Assembly (NCBI GenBank): GCA_047495785.1
Contig: JBLDXI010000009.1
Span: 682,001 to 746,000 of the forward strand
Source: Lepidodermella squamata
Lineage: Eukaryota > Animalia > Gastrotricha
DNA length: 64,000 bases
Direction: 5' to 3'
The notes under the pieces are model-generated. The model made no database searches. It saw nothing but the letters and a program-made list of their open reading frames with translations, and had not been told where the DNA came from. This document shows, piece by piece, positions 37,560 to 49,910 of the stretch (position 1 is the stretch's first letter; each line of letters begins with the position of its first letter). The position numbers were made by a program, and so were the translations under genes.

Positions 37560-38151
37560 CTAGAGCTCGTCTCCGGCGTGAGCTTCTACCTGCTCACTGC
37601 TAACGACGTCAACAACCTTATAAGGTCCAGTGAGATATTCGTCGGGAACTTCTGCATCTTGAGTAGGTTTCTTGTAAAAGCCTAATGACTGTAGAAGTTT
37701 GACACATTCCTCACGGGTGCTGTACCCAGTTAGGTCGATGCGCTGTAGAAAATTCAGCCGTTTTAATTTGAATTCAGACTACAAACAACAAACAATACCT
37801 TAACGGTTTCACCTTCGTCGTTTAAAAGCAGGAGATCAGGATTAGCTCCAGGTACTAAAAGAAACCGAGATATGGTGGTTGTAGAACAAAAACTAGTTAC
37901 AAACCAGCTTTAAAAATGACGTTGTGAAACAATGGAATGTCTTCATAAATAAAAGTACGGATGCCAGGATAGCGATTTAAACGTCATCTGTAAAATTAAT
38001 GCTTATATTGAATCATAAAAAAATTAGCAATATATCGGTAAATTTACCCAGAGCAGCTCTCGACGCGTGCACTCATGACATCGGTATTCGCACTAACAGC
38101 AATCGATGCAGCCACCAACGCTATGAGCGTCGATGGAAGTAAGTTGCGCAT
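37560..38151 (-). CDS. SELENOM: Selenoprotein M (in-frame UGA = Sec at 37984-37986)
   Basis: Signal peptide, ARVESCSG-U-RLNRYPGIRTFIYEDIPLFHNV..VPGANPDLLLL...RIDL...TREEC..LLQSLGFYKK, C-terminal GDEL; SECIS downstream. Confidence 0.93.
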
Positions 38152-38439
38152 TATTAACGAAATTTCTATGAATTTTATATGGTAAAAAGTGTTAATTAGT
38201 CAACAAGACTTAATGGTTTAAACGGAAAACAGACGAATCAAGTTTTATATTTTCTTCTATCCTCAAATGAACAAAAAAGTAACCACGCATCCCTGATAGG
38301 TACCAAACGCCAACGACAATTTTAAAGCGAATCAATAAATTACTTCAAAGCGCGGAATTTTTTGTTATTTCAAGCGTGAAATATTAGTAAATGATATAAT
38401 ATCATCAAACACCCTAACGATGCCGCAACGCTTTACATA

Positions 38440-38880
38440 ATTTTGGTTGCTATCACGAATGCCCATGTCGACTGCATTGCCAAACGCGTTGCCTGGCGTA
38501 TCAGCCAATTCTACCAACTTCGACGTTGGCTAAACAGAAGGCAACTTCGAGGCATATACTGCGCCGTCATTCAACCGTAATTTGCCGAGGCGAAAAAATT
38601 GGAGTGACGACTAAAAATAACCTGGAGCCTTTGATTGAGCAGAGTTCGGGCTCAGAGTCATATGCGGAGTTCGCGAAGAAGCGAAGGCGCAGCGAAGAAC
38701 TAAGAGCGGCACTGAACCTGGACGATCGAGCGACGCGTCGAAGGAAGCGATTCAGCAAATTTGTAGAAAACCTCTATGCTGCTGGTCCTAGAGTCGCGGG
38801 AAGTTTTGATATTATGCCTATTAGAACTATTTCCGGGTACGAAGTCCGCGTACTCTTCCTCCATCCATGTCCATGATGTC
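38440..38880 (+). mobile_element. Degenerate LINE (L2/CR1-like) ORF2 C-terminal relic
   Basis: HVDCIAKRVAWRISQFYQLRRWLNRRQLRGIYCAVIQP* and, in another frame, SEELRAALNLDDRATRRRKRF resemble the post-RT region of CR1-group elements. Confidence 0.55.
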
Positions 38881-39347
38881 ACGCGATCAGGCGCACATGC
38901 TCGTTCCGCTCGCATGGTAATGGTGCTTGTGACTTCTTTGTGGATTGTTTATTTAATAAAAACCGCTCATTTACGTGATCAAAATGGATTGCCGGATGCC
39001 CACAAGCCGAAAAAGACTTTCCGAGGAGCCTTAGTGTCTTTTCTCTAACTGTGCCTTTTTAATATTGGAAAATGAAACTCGCAAAAAATCTGAATCTGAA
39101 TCTGTACTAAATTTTCAATTTCGCAGCTTTAGACTGTATAAAAAGTATTACGCGCCATCGGCTAGCAATATGAAGCAAAATACGTTGAAAAGGTAATTTG
39201 AAGGTCAACCAGCGTAAGAAACAGCCTAAGAAACCGCAAGCCTCGCAATAGTCTTGCGCTCCTTCTATGTAACATGGACGAAACCTGGCTAGCAGTTGAC
39301 CTAATAATTTCGAAAAAAACCACAAACGCCTAAATTATAGTACCAGT

Positions 39348-39532
39348 ATATCGTTAGCGACGCGCCAAAACAACCACTTTACTATTTATAGATTTTATGA
39401 AGAAAATACGTTCGAAAATAGGAAAAAATCGGGGTGCAAAAGGCCTAACGTACTTCACCATTACGTTAGGCGACTAAACGTACGATCGAGTGAGTCATCT
39501 AAGTGGTTGTTTTGGCGCGTCGTTAACGATAT
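39348..39532. mobile_element. MITE-like foldback element (~185 bp)
   Basis: 32-bp IR ATATCGTTAGCGACGCGCCAAAACAACCACTT (1 mismatch); internal 10-bp hairpin GCCTAACGTA / TACGTTAGGC. Confidence 0.7.
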
Positions 39533-40915
39533 TGGGTGCGTACGAACAGGCGTGAAAAATGTTTTTATAAAAAGAGAAATGATTTAACGCTGTGAAAATG
39601 TTTCTTTTCCTTATTACTTATTACTATTGGATTTTTAGACGTTCACAGACTCGAATGTTTTTGTATTTGCAGTAAGCCAAGTTTTAACGGGTCCCAGGCG
39701 CAGGCTCAAACAGAGTTGGGCAATTGTGAGATTCGATCGCGTGTGTAATCAGTCACCGAGCAATGAAGCTCAACACGCTTTCGATATTAAGTGAGGCCTA
39801 AAACAGCTAATAATCGCGTAGTTTTTTCTCTGAATGGAAAAATTCGAAGTTTCCCATCAACGAAAAAAATATGAATGAAATAGTGAGAACAAAAAACCAC
39901 AACTGGTTGCTTAGTGGGAAACATCCCTGAGTCATGGATCATGGACAGGCGACCCCCATCGAACTTCGAACCCCTTCTCGTTCCATACTTTTTTAGTCTA
40001 CAAGCGACCTCTTAAAACATTGAATTGAAGCAAATACAAAGTTCGAGAACGTTTCATAATGAAATATTAATAAGAAATAAGAAATATAGTCTGTGATATG
40101 CGCAATGAAATGACTGTTTGTGCGCACCCCTTATGTCCTTTAGATAAGCTGGATGGCTAATTCGACAATCATCCTAAGAAGCCGGAAGCCGGTATTCTCT
40201 TTATAACACTAATCACGCTCGATTGAAGACTAAGGATACTAATTGGGATAGAGACCTATTATCTCCTAGAGGCCTATTAATTACTCTCACAGGAGAGGAG
40301 CTGCTCTTAAAAGAACGAGGAACCTACTGTTAGAAGTTAGAATAGATATTATATCACAAGATTAAAATCGCCAAAGCTTAAATATTGGGTCCTATGAGCA
40401 TTCTGAAGAGACAAGAAGAGCCGCCAACTCCTCATTCAGCGACTGCATGCTTATGGCTGATCCGAAGAAAGCTCGAAATCCAGGAGTTGCAAAACCTTGG
40501 CAAAACCAATAGCTAAAGACAGCTTTTGAAAGAGTGAGAGCCCGCGAAGACATGTTGCACCCGATCGCGGACGATGAGAGCGCGCGTTCTTTTGGCATTT
40601 GCAGATTTTTTAGCGCCACAACTTTCACGTTAATAAATTTTATATGTAATTTTTGATATTAAAACTAAATGAAAATGAGTATATGATAGTTTGTTTATTT
40701 GCTCAATTTTATGAAGGGTCAGAGCTTTGCTTCCGTGGTTTTTTCGCGGTGGCTACCATGATGTAGAGAAACGTGCCGAGCGATTGTAGGCTCGCGATTT
40801 GTTGTTTGTATGTAGCTTCAGGCTTCAGGAAGAGGTAAAATACTCTACCCTGTACCTTATACCCTTCCTGGGCGATATTCCGAAAATCCCGATTTTGCGT
40901 TCACAGAAGGCTTGA

Positions 40916-41008
40916 TCGCGAAAATTTCCGCTCGCGAATATTGTCTACCCCTCATTTTAGGGCCTTCGCGAAAATTATCTACTCGCGAATATTATCGCGT
41001 ATACAGTA
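40916..41008. repeat. Second copy of the TCGCGA-rich, CGTATACAGTA-ended element
   Basis: Similarity to 11100-11166. Confidence 0.55.
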
Positions 41009-41289
41009 TTTGTTTACTTCAGTTGGCTGTTTTTCAGCTCAAGTAATTAGTCACAAAGCCATTGAAAGGGTGGCCACGCTGCGGCCTGCGGCATTCTGGC
41101 GCTGTCCTTGCAGCCAGTAGTAATTAGAAAAGAATGTCTGCAAAGACTGCTTGTTGGAAGTTGGAATAGTTCTTACGAATTGTATACTACATGGCTCGTG
41201 AGCTTCTTCCTGCCAACCTTCATTTTGAACAAGATAGATGTATGTCGGATTTCCAGGGTTTCTACTGTCTTCTTCTTTTTCATATCTAG

Positions 41290-43909
41290 ATGATGTCCAA
41301 TTTTCATAAATTTTGGACTATCTGGCTATTTTTAGCTGTGTCGATAACCATCTCATATGCGCAATTCAACTTACCGGCAATTTTGGATCTAGAGAGCCGC
41401 GAATTCAGATGTAAGTTATATAAAAAGCTTCACAAGCCGTGAGATCTCTTGTTATTTCAACTTAGCCATACGATGGTGTGTCGTTTCATTCAACGAAGAG
41501 CAAAAATGCCAGACGTTTGCGTTCAAAGTGGACCAGTATCGCAACGTTACTTTCAACGAAACCTATCTCAAAGTTTCTTGCGTTCGAGGGAGAGATTATT
41601 TCCACTGTATGGATTTGATTGAGAATAACGAGGCTGATGTAGTAAATCTCGAAGCCGGTCTGGTTCGTTATGCCGTCGATTGGCATATGCTGATGCCGAT
41701 TTTGATGGAGCGCTACGATAACACTTATGATGGTATGGCCGAGAGTCCCAAATTCTTCATTTCTATTTCTATACCTTTGAATAGATATCACAAAGTGGAC
41801 CGAAGGGCTAATTTTGTTCTCGATAGCTGTTGTCAGCGGGGCCAAAGACAGGAAACCCATCAATAATCTGAACGATCTACAGAATGCGTCATCCTGTCAC
41901 GCCGGTGCTGGATTCGGTGCTAGCTGGAATTTGCCAATCGCTACTCTCATACAGAAGAGGATAATGAATATTACCGACTGCACTATTCAGATGGCGACAG
42001 TAACTGACTTTTTTGGGCCTATGTGTGCGGCAGGAGCTCTAAATGAAGCATTCAATCCATTCGGTCTAAATCCTACGACAGTTTGTGACCTTTGTAATAG
42101 CACTCAGTCGGATAAATGTACAATGGAGGATTCTTACGCTGGATATTACGGCGCTACGAAGTGCCTTGCTGAAGCTGGCGATGTAGCTTTCATTACAAAT
42201 GCTGCGTTGCAATACCAACCTCCGTGCCCAGTGCCGACGACGGGCTTGCCTGATCCTCTGGCGGTAAAAACTTCAATAATTATTTGTATTCGTAATTTAC
42301 CAGCAATATTTTTTCTTAGAGTGCTCAGCTTCTATGTTTGGATGGAAAAAAGCAACCTCTCTCAAACTTTAAAACATGTAACTGGGGCTTCATTCCCGGC
42401 AATGCTATCGTCACGAATTCTCAGAAAAATGGCATCCAGATAGATCGTTACAAGGCATTTATTCGACGTGCGGCTCGATTTTTCATCGGTTGTCAGGTGG
42501 ATTCGTTCAACCTTTTCGAATCAATGAAATACGGTTATCGTAATTCTCGCGATTTAATGTTTTCTGACAACACGCAACTCCTCATCGATGTACCATCAAT
42601 CGAAGACTACTTTGTTCTGTTCAAATGTGAGAAATATTACAAAATCTATTCTATGAGATGATGATTTTGTTTGATTTTCATTTTAGCCGATGCCGTGAGT
42701 CGTCCATTAGCCAATGAAAATGTCGGCGCAGCTCAGCAGCTGAATTTATTTGAATCGATCGACTATTTGTCTTACTGTCCTCAACTTCCATTGCGCTGGT
42801 GTGTCACATACGAAGCCGAGTTTAGAAAATGCACGCGAATGAAGGTTGCATTCAAGCAGCGCCAGCTTAAGCCAGAAGTCGACTGCATTTACGTTGATGA
42901 CGTGCCGACTTGCATGAGACTGATTAAGGAAGGTGATGCGGACGTGATTCTTCTGGACCCTGGGGAACAATTTATCGCCGGTCGTGATTACGGTCTTGTG
43001 CCCATTATTGCCGCTGACTACGGTCAAGGTGAGAACCCCTCCTCGTTTTACGTCGTGGGTGTCTCTCAGAAAGCTGATCCGATTACCACATTGTACAACC
43101 TTCGAGAACGACGCACATGTCACCCCGCTGTTCAAACTGCTGCTGGTTGGTACATTCCTCTGTTAACTCTTATCGGCTCGCAAGTCATGCCTCTTGATTC
43201 GTGTGACTTGGCTGGATCCCTCAGCCATTTCATAAACTACGGCTGTATGCCTGGAGTGTTGAATTTGGAATACAAAAAGAACGACTCTAACCCAATCACT
43301 TTATGTGAAGGGTGCGCTTCCCAAAGTTATCGCAAATGCGAGAGAAATCCTTGGGAATTGTACTACGGAACGTCAGGTGCTTTTCGGTGCTTGGCTGAAA
43401 ATTCCGGCGATATCGCGTTTGTCAAACATTTTACTGTTCGCGAAAATACCGATGGCCATAACAGAGCCGAATGGGCTAGAAATCGCCGTTCAGTCGATTA
43501 TCAACTATCGTGCCGAGATGGCCGAAGAGCCCCAGTGGATGACTGGAAGATGTGTCATCTTGCTCAAGTACCAGCGAGTGCCATAGTTACTTCGAGTTTC
43601 AAGACGGCGAATCAAAGATGGCAAATTTGGCAGTTGATCAATCACGCTCAGCTGTACTTTGCCGGTCAAGCTGCTGATTTCAGAATGTTCGAATCGGAGC
43701 TTGATTACAAAGATTTAATTTTCGAGGATGCCACGGCTCATCTTGTCTGGATCCCACCAGAAAATCAAACTATGCCGAGATATTTGAGCTCCTTTAATTT
43801 CTACAAAATGGCTCAAGAAGTCCATAGGCTAGATTGTACCTCAGCAGCAAACTCTATCGTTCCTGGTCTAGCCGTATTTTCAGTGCTACTGGCCAGGCTA
43901 TTGCTATAA
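41290..43909 (+). CDS. Bilobal transferrin-family protein, melanotransferrin-like, probable GPI anchor
   Basis: Signal peptide; two lobes starting IRWCVVS and LRWCVT; GATKCLAEAGDVAF and GAFRCLAENSGDIAFVKH; hydrophobic C-terminal tail after CTSA. Confidence 0.92.
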
Positions 43910-44363
43910 TCTATTCTTGCGAGCTCTTTGCATGCTGGTTGTGAAATAAGCTGATTTTTTTCTCGCGGATGTTTTTGTAACCTAATGTCGAATTTATAAT
44001 TAAACTATACTTACCTATCAATGGCTTCCTAATACTATATGGCACTTCAGGTGAACAGACCTATGTCAACGAGCGCGTTGCTCAGAAAATTATCATCATT
44101 CAAGTTTTTTTTATCATGGTTGTGAGCTGACGTAATTGAAATTACGCTTTCCAAAGCCTAGAGGTTGTGAACTGTTTTAATTGCTGCTTTTAAAGTTTTT
44201 GCACCGGAATTTTTATAACGTGCATTGTCAAACCGAGCCAACTGCTTGTTGCGATTTCTGTAAATATAACGAGTAAAGCGACTTCGAAATAAAATTCATT
44301 TTTATTATGAACATTATCAATTTGTTTCTTATTTTAGTCCAGTAACTTTGTTCATTGTTGAAA

Positions 44364-45451
44364 ATGATCTACAAGCAGCTTTCGTCTGGCCAGAAAATGC
44401 CGGCTCTAGGCCTGGGGACTTGGCAGTCAAAACCCGAAGAAATTATAAACGCTGTAAAACACGCAATTAAGGTTGGTTATCGCCACTTCGATGCCGCTTT
44501 CGTCTACCAAAATGAGGGCAGTTTGGGTGTAGCTATCAAGGAAAGCATTGAAGCTGGTCTTGTGAAACGGGATGAGTTGTTTATCACGTCAAAACTTTGG
44601 AATGTTTATCACGCCCCAGCAGGTTAGTTGATCAAAGTATTTCTAGGTCGGTGTATTCTTGAATATTTTCTTAGATGTGCGAGGTACTGTGAAGAAAAGC
44701 TTGGAATTGCTAGGCTTGGAGTACTTGGACTTGTATTTGATCCATTGGGTATGTGTTGCCAAGATAGGGAGATTTTGAATTAATTAAAATGTTTGCAGCC
44801 AATGGGTTATGTTAACAATGGCGAACTTTTCCCTAAAGACGTTAATGGAAAGTTTATTTATTCTGATGTTGATTATATTGATACGTGGAAAGCCCTCGAG
44901 GAACTAGTCAAAGAGGGTCTCATTCGCAGTATTGGTTTGTCGAATTTCAACGCTCAACAAATTCAACGCGTGTGGGACAACAGCAGTATTAAACCAGCTG
45001 CTTTGCAAGTCGAATGCCACCCGTACTTGCAGCAGAATGATTTGAGAGCCCTTTGCGCAAAACTCGGAATAGCTTTCACCGGGTATGCCCCGTTTGGCTC
45101 TCCAGAGCGTCCGTGGCATCAAGCTAATGAGGCCAAAGTGCTTGATGATGCTGTTTTGAATGAAATTGGCAAACGTCATGGGAAGTCATCAGCTCAAATT
45201 GTCCTGCGTTTTCAGCTCCAATCGGGTATCATTACTATTCCAAAATCAGTTACTCCTAGTCGCATTGAGGAAAACTTCAATGTGTTTGATTTTGAACTGA
45301 GCGAGGACGACATGAAAAAAATTGCTGCACTTGATCGAGGTCAACGACAAGTAGTTTTGGATTGGTAAGAACTAGGAAATTCACTATCCGCTACTGTAAA
45401 TGTTTTTTCTTCAGGATTTCGGACCACCCGCATTATCCTTTCAAAGCCTGA
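44364..45451 (+). CDS. Aldo-keto reductase, AKR1 family
   Basis: [64 protein letters not shown]. Confidence 0.96.
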
Positions 45452-45705
45452 ACTCGAAACAATTGCGATACCGCTTTAATTTATAGAGACGACGACCAAC
45501 ATATAAGTAGCCGATTATTGTGATTATAATGTATTATCGGACACAAAGTGCTCAATCATTCCTTGATCCTTGATATTTGTTCTTCCCTCTAATTTTTGAC
45601 AATTTTAATCATTGAGTCATTCAATTTACGCAATGCCGATAACAATAAAGTCTACCTGATCAAATTGTTTTATTGTCTTTTTAGAGTTCACTTACAGCTA
45701 TTTGA

Positions 45706-46411
45706 ATGGTGGTTGAGGCTGAGAGGAATTACTTCCCAGGAGATATAGTTTGTTCTTTGGATGAGTCATATGTGCCTGGAGAAGGAACATACGAATTCGG
45801 AGGGAAAATTATTGCGTCCGTTTTTGGAAAGCTGCGGTATTCAGAGAAGAAGGATAGCGAGGGAAAAGTATGTTAAACAGAATCATTTCATATGTTCAAT
45901 CTAAGTTGAATTTTCAACAGACCGTCGTGCATGTTTCGTCGCCGATTTCCAACTCATTCCATCTTCCGCAATGTGGAGACATTGTTCTTGCTAAAATTAC
46001 CTACGTATCACTGCGCTTTGCAAAGTGCAGCGTTTTCGTGTTAGAGGGAGAGCCGCTGTCATACTCATTCAGAGCTCAAATTCGACGAGAAGACGTTAGG
46101 GCGACGGAGAAAGACAAAGTTGAGATGTTCAAATGTTTCAGACCTGGCGACATTGTTTCAGCTCGCATTGTTTGTGATTTTCCTATTTTTCAAATTTAAT
46201 ATTACCTATTACCTACCATTATTCTCAGATATTTCCTGTCGACAACGCTGGAATGATCTTGACTACAGCAGAAAACGAGCTGGGCGTGATATGGGCACTC
46301 AGTGAAGCAGGCCATCCGCTCATTCCATTAAATTGGTGTGAAATGAAATGCCCACTAACGGGTGTTGTTGAGTCAAGAAAAGTTGCTAAAAGACTCACTG
46401 CAACCGAATAA
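45706..46411 (+). CDS. EXOSC1: Exosome complex component CSL4
   Basis: PGEGTY, FRAQIRREDVRATEKDKVEMFKCFRPGDIV, LTTAENELGV, W.EMKCP.TG..ESRKVAK. Confidence 0.95.
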
Positions 46412-46478
46412 TTCTAGGTTTTAACTTCGTCATTATACGATTCTTTTTTATTTGCATAGTCATTATTGTACTTGAATT

Positions 46479-46998
46479 ATGACTGAACGAAGCTTAGAAA
46501 CACCGGGAGACGATAGTCAAGATCGAGGCGTTCTGGATTTCGATGTTCGTAAGAAAAATGGTTGAACATTACTAATTTATATCTTCGTAATTAATTCTAG
46601 TGCGTATTAGACAATATCCACCAATCCCTGTGCAGCTATTTCGATTCTTTATTGAAATCTGATGCGGAATCGAGACCGGCTTGGCTAACGCCATCTTCGA
46701 ATGAAGCTATTGTGAATGCAGCGTTCAAACTATATGTGAGCATCCCCTAAGAATATTTCACTTTATAGTCATGCGCTTTTTAAAGGTAAAATCGTTGTCT
46801 CTCATGCCGAAAAGTCAACTGAAACCTGAGTTGACAAAGGAGCAGCTTTTCCCAACCGTTTTCAGAAAAACACTTGGGCCACCAACTGAAAACGATCAAA
46901 ATATCGAATCCGAGGAAGAAATTATCCGGAAAAGTCGCAAACGCCAGAACTCAGGCTCACGACCGAATGACGGCAAGAAAGACAAAAAGTCGAAGTGA
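46479..46998 (+). CDS. Unrecognised ~137-aa protein with basic C-terminus (3 exons)
   Basis: MTERSLETPG...DFD|CVLDNIHQSLCSYFDSLL...FKLY|VKSLSLMP...RKSRKRQ...KKDKKSK*; in frame if the GTTCGT donor is used. Confidence 0.6.
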
Positions 46999-47221
46999 TC
47001 ATAACCACGTCATTTTGCCTTTTGTTAAGCCTGTTATTTACCACTATGTAGAATCGCTCAGTTCGAACTTCTTTAATGCTTTTTCGAGGAAAAATGTTCT
47101 TCACGTTAAATGTCAAAACTCTGAAGTTCTTTCACGATGTTGCTTTTCTTATTAACATTTTCAATAAAGAAAAAACGTTTTGACCGTATTTGTTCATCTC
47201 AACTCGTAGGATTGTTGTGAG

Positions 47222-48527
47222 ATGTCAAAAAAGAGGTCACACCTTTGCGATGACGATGACGCCGGAGAGTCAAGCAAAAAGCGCGCTTCTATAAAGGCGT
47301 CAAAGAACAAAGCGGACTCAGTTTCCTCCGACTCGGCAGAAGATAACTATGATGGAACCTCTGCTGATGACTCTAGTGAAGATGAAATTCCTCAGGTAAT
47401 AGCCATCACTTTGAGGCTTATCGTATGCATAATTTGATATTGCTCTAGGAAATCGAAATAGGCTTCAAGGCCGTTCCACCAGAGAAGTCAGATCGTGACA
47501 GCGTTGTTCCTCTTTTGAAGCAGGTAATTACTACACATTTATATTGAAATAATTTACTGATTGACTGTTCTACAGGCTTTTCGGTGTTTCTCTATCGATC
47601 TGGTTGATTTGGCCGAAATCGTTGTTGAACAGGACCAAATTGGATGCGTCGTAGTTGTGAGAAACAGTTTAGAGAAAGTTAAAATAGCGTATTTTCAGTT
47701 GGAAACAGGGGACGAAGAATCGAATGATGACGGCGAAGACGACGACGATGACGACACATCAAATGAAGCTCTTTACGCTGTGTCTACCATTATACCTATG
47801 GCTAAATATAAAGTGATATCCATTATAAGCTGATGTATCATTACTCTGGTTCCGTTTTTACAGGAGCGCAAGTCGATAGCCGGTCTTTTGAAAGCCCTAC
47901 ATGCTAAATGCCCGCAGGTCGTTACTAAAAAAATGGTCGATGATCCCACATCTCTTGGTTTGCTTGTCAATGAGCGTCTCGTTAACATTCCTGCCGTCTT
48001 TGCACAACACAGCTTTCCTTCATTAAAGTATTTTTGCGATATTACTTCAACGATTTTTACTTGAATTTCAAATTAGGACCGACTTGGAAAAAGTCACTAA
48101 ATCTGACCCTGCTTTTTCTAAAATTAAGCAGCTACTACTCGTCTCCAAATCAATGAAACCAGTGGCTTCGAGTGATGACGATTCATCTTGGGAATTTACA
48201 AATCAAGAAGAAGAACATCTGTTGAAGGTTTGTTAATTTCAGTTCACTAACATCATTGCGCAAAGCAATCCAACTTTGCAGAGAGCCATTTCCAGCGGAT
48301 ATTTCAAAATATCGAGCCGTGAAACGGAAGACTGCACCTTACTAGGTGGCACTTGGAATGAATCTGATGAATCATCCGACGAGAGCGGGAACGATGATGA
48401 TGAAAATGAAGATGACGACGGCGGAAGCAAAAAGAACGAATACTTACCTCATAGACACATCTTGTTACTGCCTTTGGATATTCTTTCGATGCCCGTCAAA
48501 AAACTATTTCCTGGTATTGCTGAATGA
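47222..48527 (+). CDS. BCCIP: BCCIP/Bcp1 homologue
   Basis: Acidic N-terminus; LLKQAF..IDLVDLAEIVVEQDQIGCVV; LGLLVNERLVNIP; FTNQEEE. Confidence 0.9.
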
Positions 48528-49149
48528 ATAAATGTTGTTTTAGTGGACTTCAGTTTGATTATTTGATCACACTTGAAAAATTAATCGTAAAGACATAAGC
48601 ATATCTGTCAATGTTAATTTTGCCAAAATATCCGCAGAAAAGAATAGTTACTTTAGTGTAATTTTTAGCCATGTATGTCCCAAAATGAGGTCACACCTAG
48701 CTACATGCTATTCAGAGGCGAGTTTGGGCGAACGAAAACGATCCCGGTGAATTGAATTATCTGGAACCAATCGCGAGGTTCGGGTGACATTTTTTCTTCG
48801 AACGAACGAATGGTTTTATTTCACTTCCACGCGACTGAGGCGTCTATACCATTTCGGGTTTGGTGGAAGGCGAAGGAAGGTAAAATTTAAGAAACATCAC
48901 CCACTCAATATCAAAAAATCACGAGAATAGTAATCAAGAATGTCACTTGTTAATGGGATTAAAAAAGTCCGGAGAAATTTGGTCCAATTTGGTCCAACTG
49001 GGTAAAATACATAAAGAAAATTACCGAATCTCAATGGCACAGGGCATCATAAGTGCTACGTGCAGCATAAAAATGACACAATCACGACAAAAATGGCGAT
49101 AACTGAAACAAATCGCAAACAAAAAGTAAGAACTCGCAAGGAATCGTCG

Positions 49150-49910
49150 GACACTTGAAAAGCCGTTGGCCTTCCTTGAGTTTGTTGAACGATCGAAATG
49201 CTCTGTTTGTGGTGAGTCGTAGGTAGAAGAGTTTCAAATCGTTTGGGATATTCTCAGGAAATCACCTAAGGAGCGCCCTTGCGCACAGAAGGGTTTGGGA
49301 TCATAAGCCTCGTGGTATAGTTTAATTGTGTTCTGGTGGTCGGCCTTGTCAAGTTTTGAAGTAATTGTGGAGCGGTTTGCTGCGTAGGCAAAATTTTTTA
49401 GACTTCATTTCATCAGTTGTTTATTGTCCTCCGAGAAAGGCCGAGAGGTTCTGCACGACGTTCCAGCTCGGAGACTCAGACTCGGCCATCCCGTCGGACG
49501 TTCAGCAAGACGCGAAGGCAGTCGTTCTACAAAACTTCAAGCTGCTTCAACTGCCGCTTGGGCGCAGAACAGAACGCTACGTTGCCGTAGGTGGCGGTGG
49601 TGGCCCGAAGAATACTGTGGTAGGCGGTGCGACACCTTGGGCGAGAGAGACCAGGGGTGAAGGTAACTCTAAAGAAGAACGAGAGATTGCGGGCACAGCG
49701 GTTGAAGAGGCGATCAAAATGCTCCTTCCACGTCAGCATAGCGTCGAGGTGCGAACACGGATAATGGCAACCTGAGGGATAACCGACCCGTCCGTCTGCA
49801 GGTTACTCTGGTACGGTCGCCTGGCGAACGGCATTGCTTCGCTTTTCGAAGCGTTAAACAGTCAGCATCATTCGCAGGTCCACTTCGAATGCGGTCGATC
49901 TCGGCCTTAT
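49150..49910 (-). mobile_element. Degenerate LINE RT C-terminal relic
   Basis: FNASKSEAMPF...HLDAMLTWKEHFD...AYHSILR...YG...LKQLEVL*NDCLRVLL, with stops and frameshifts. Boundaries approximate. Confidence 0.7.

Noticed and set aside
37984-37986. UGA as a pseudogene stop or a variant genetic code
   Set aside because: It aligns with the SelM Sec position and has a SECIS; other genes end normally at TGA.
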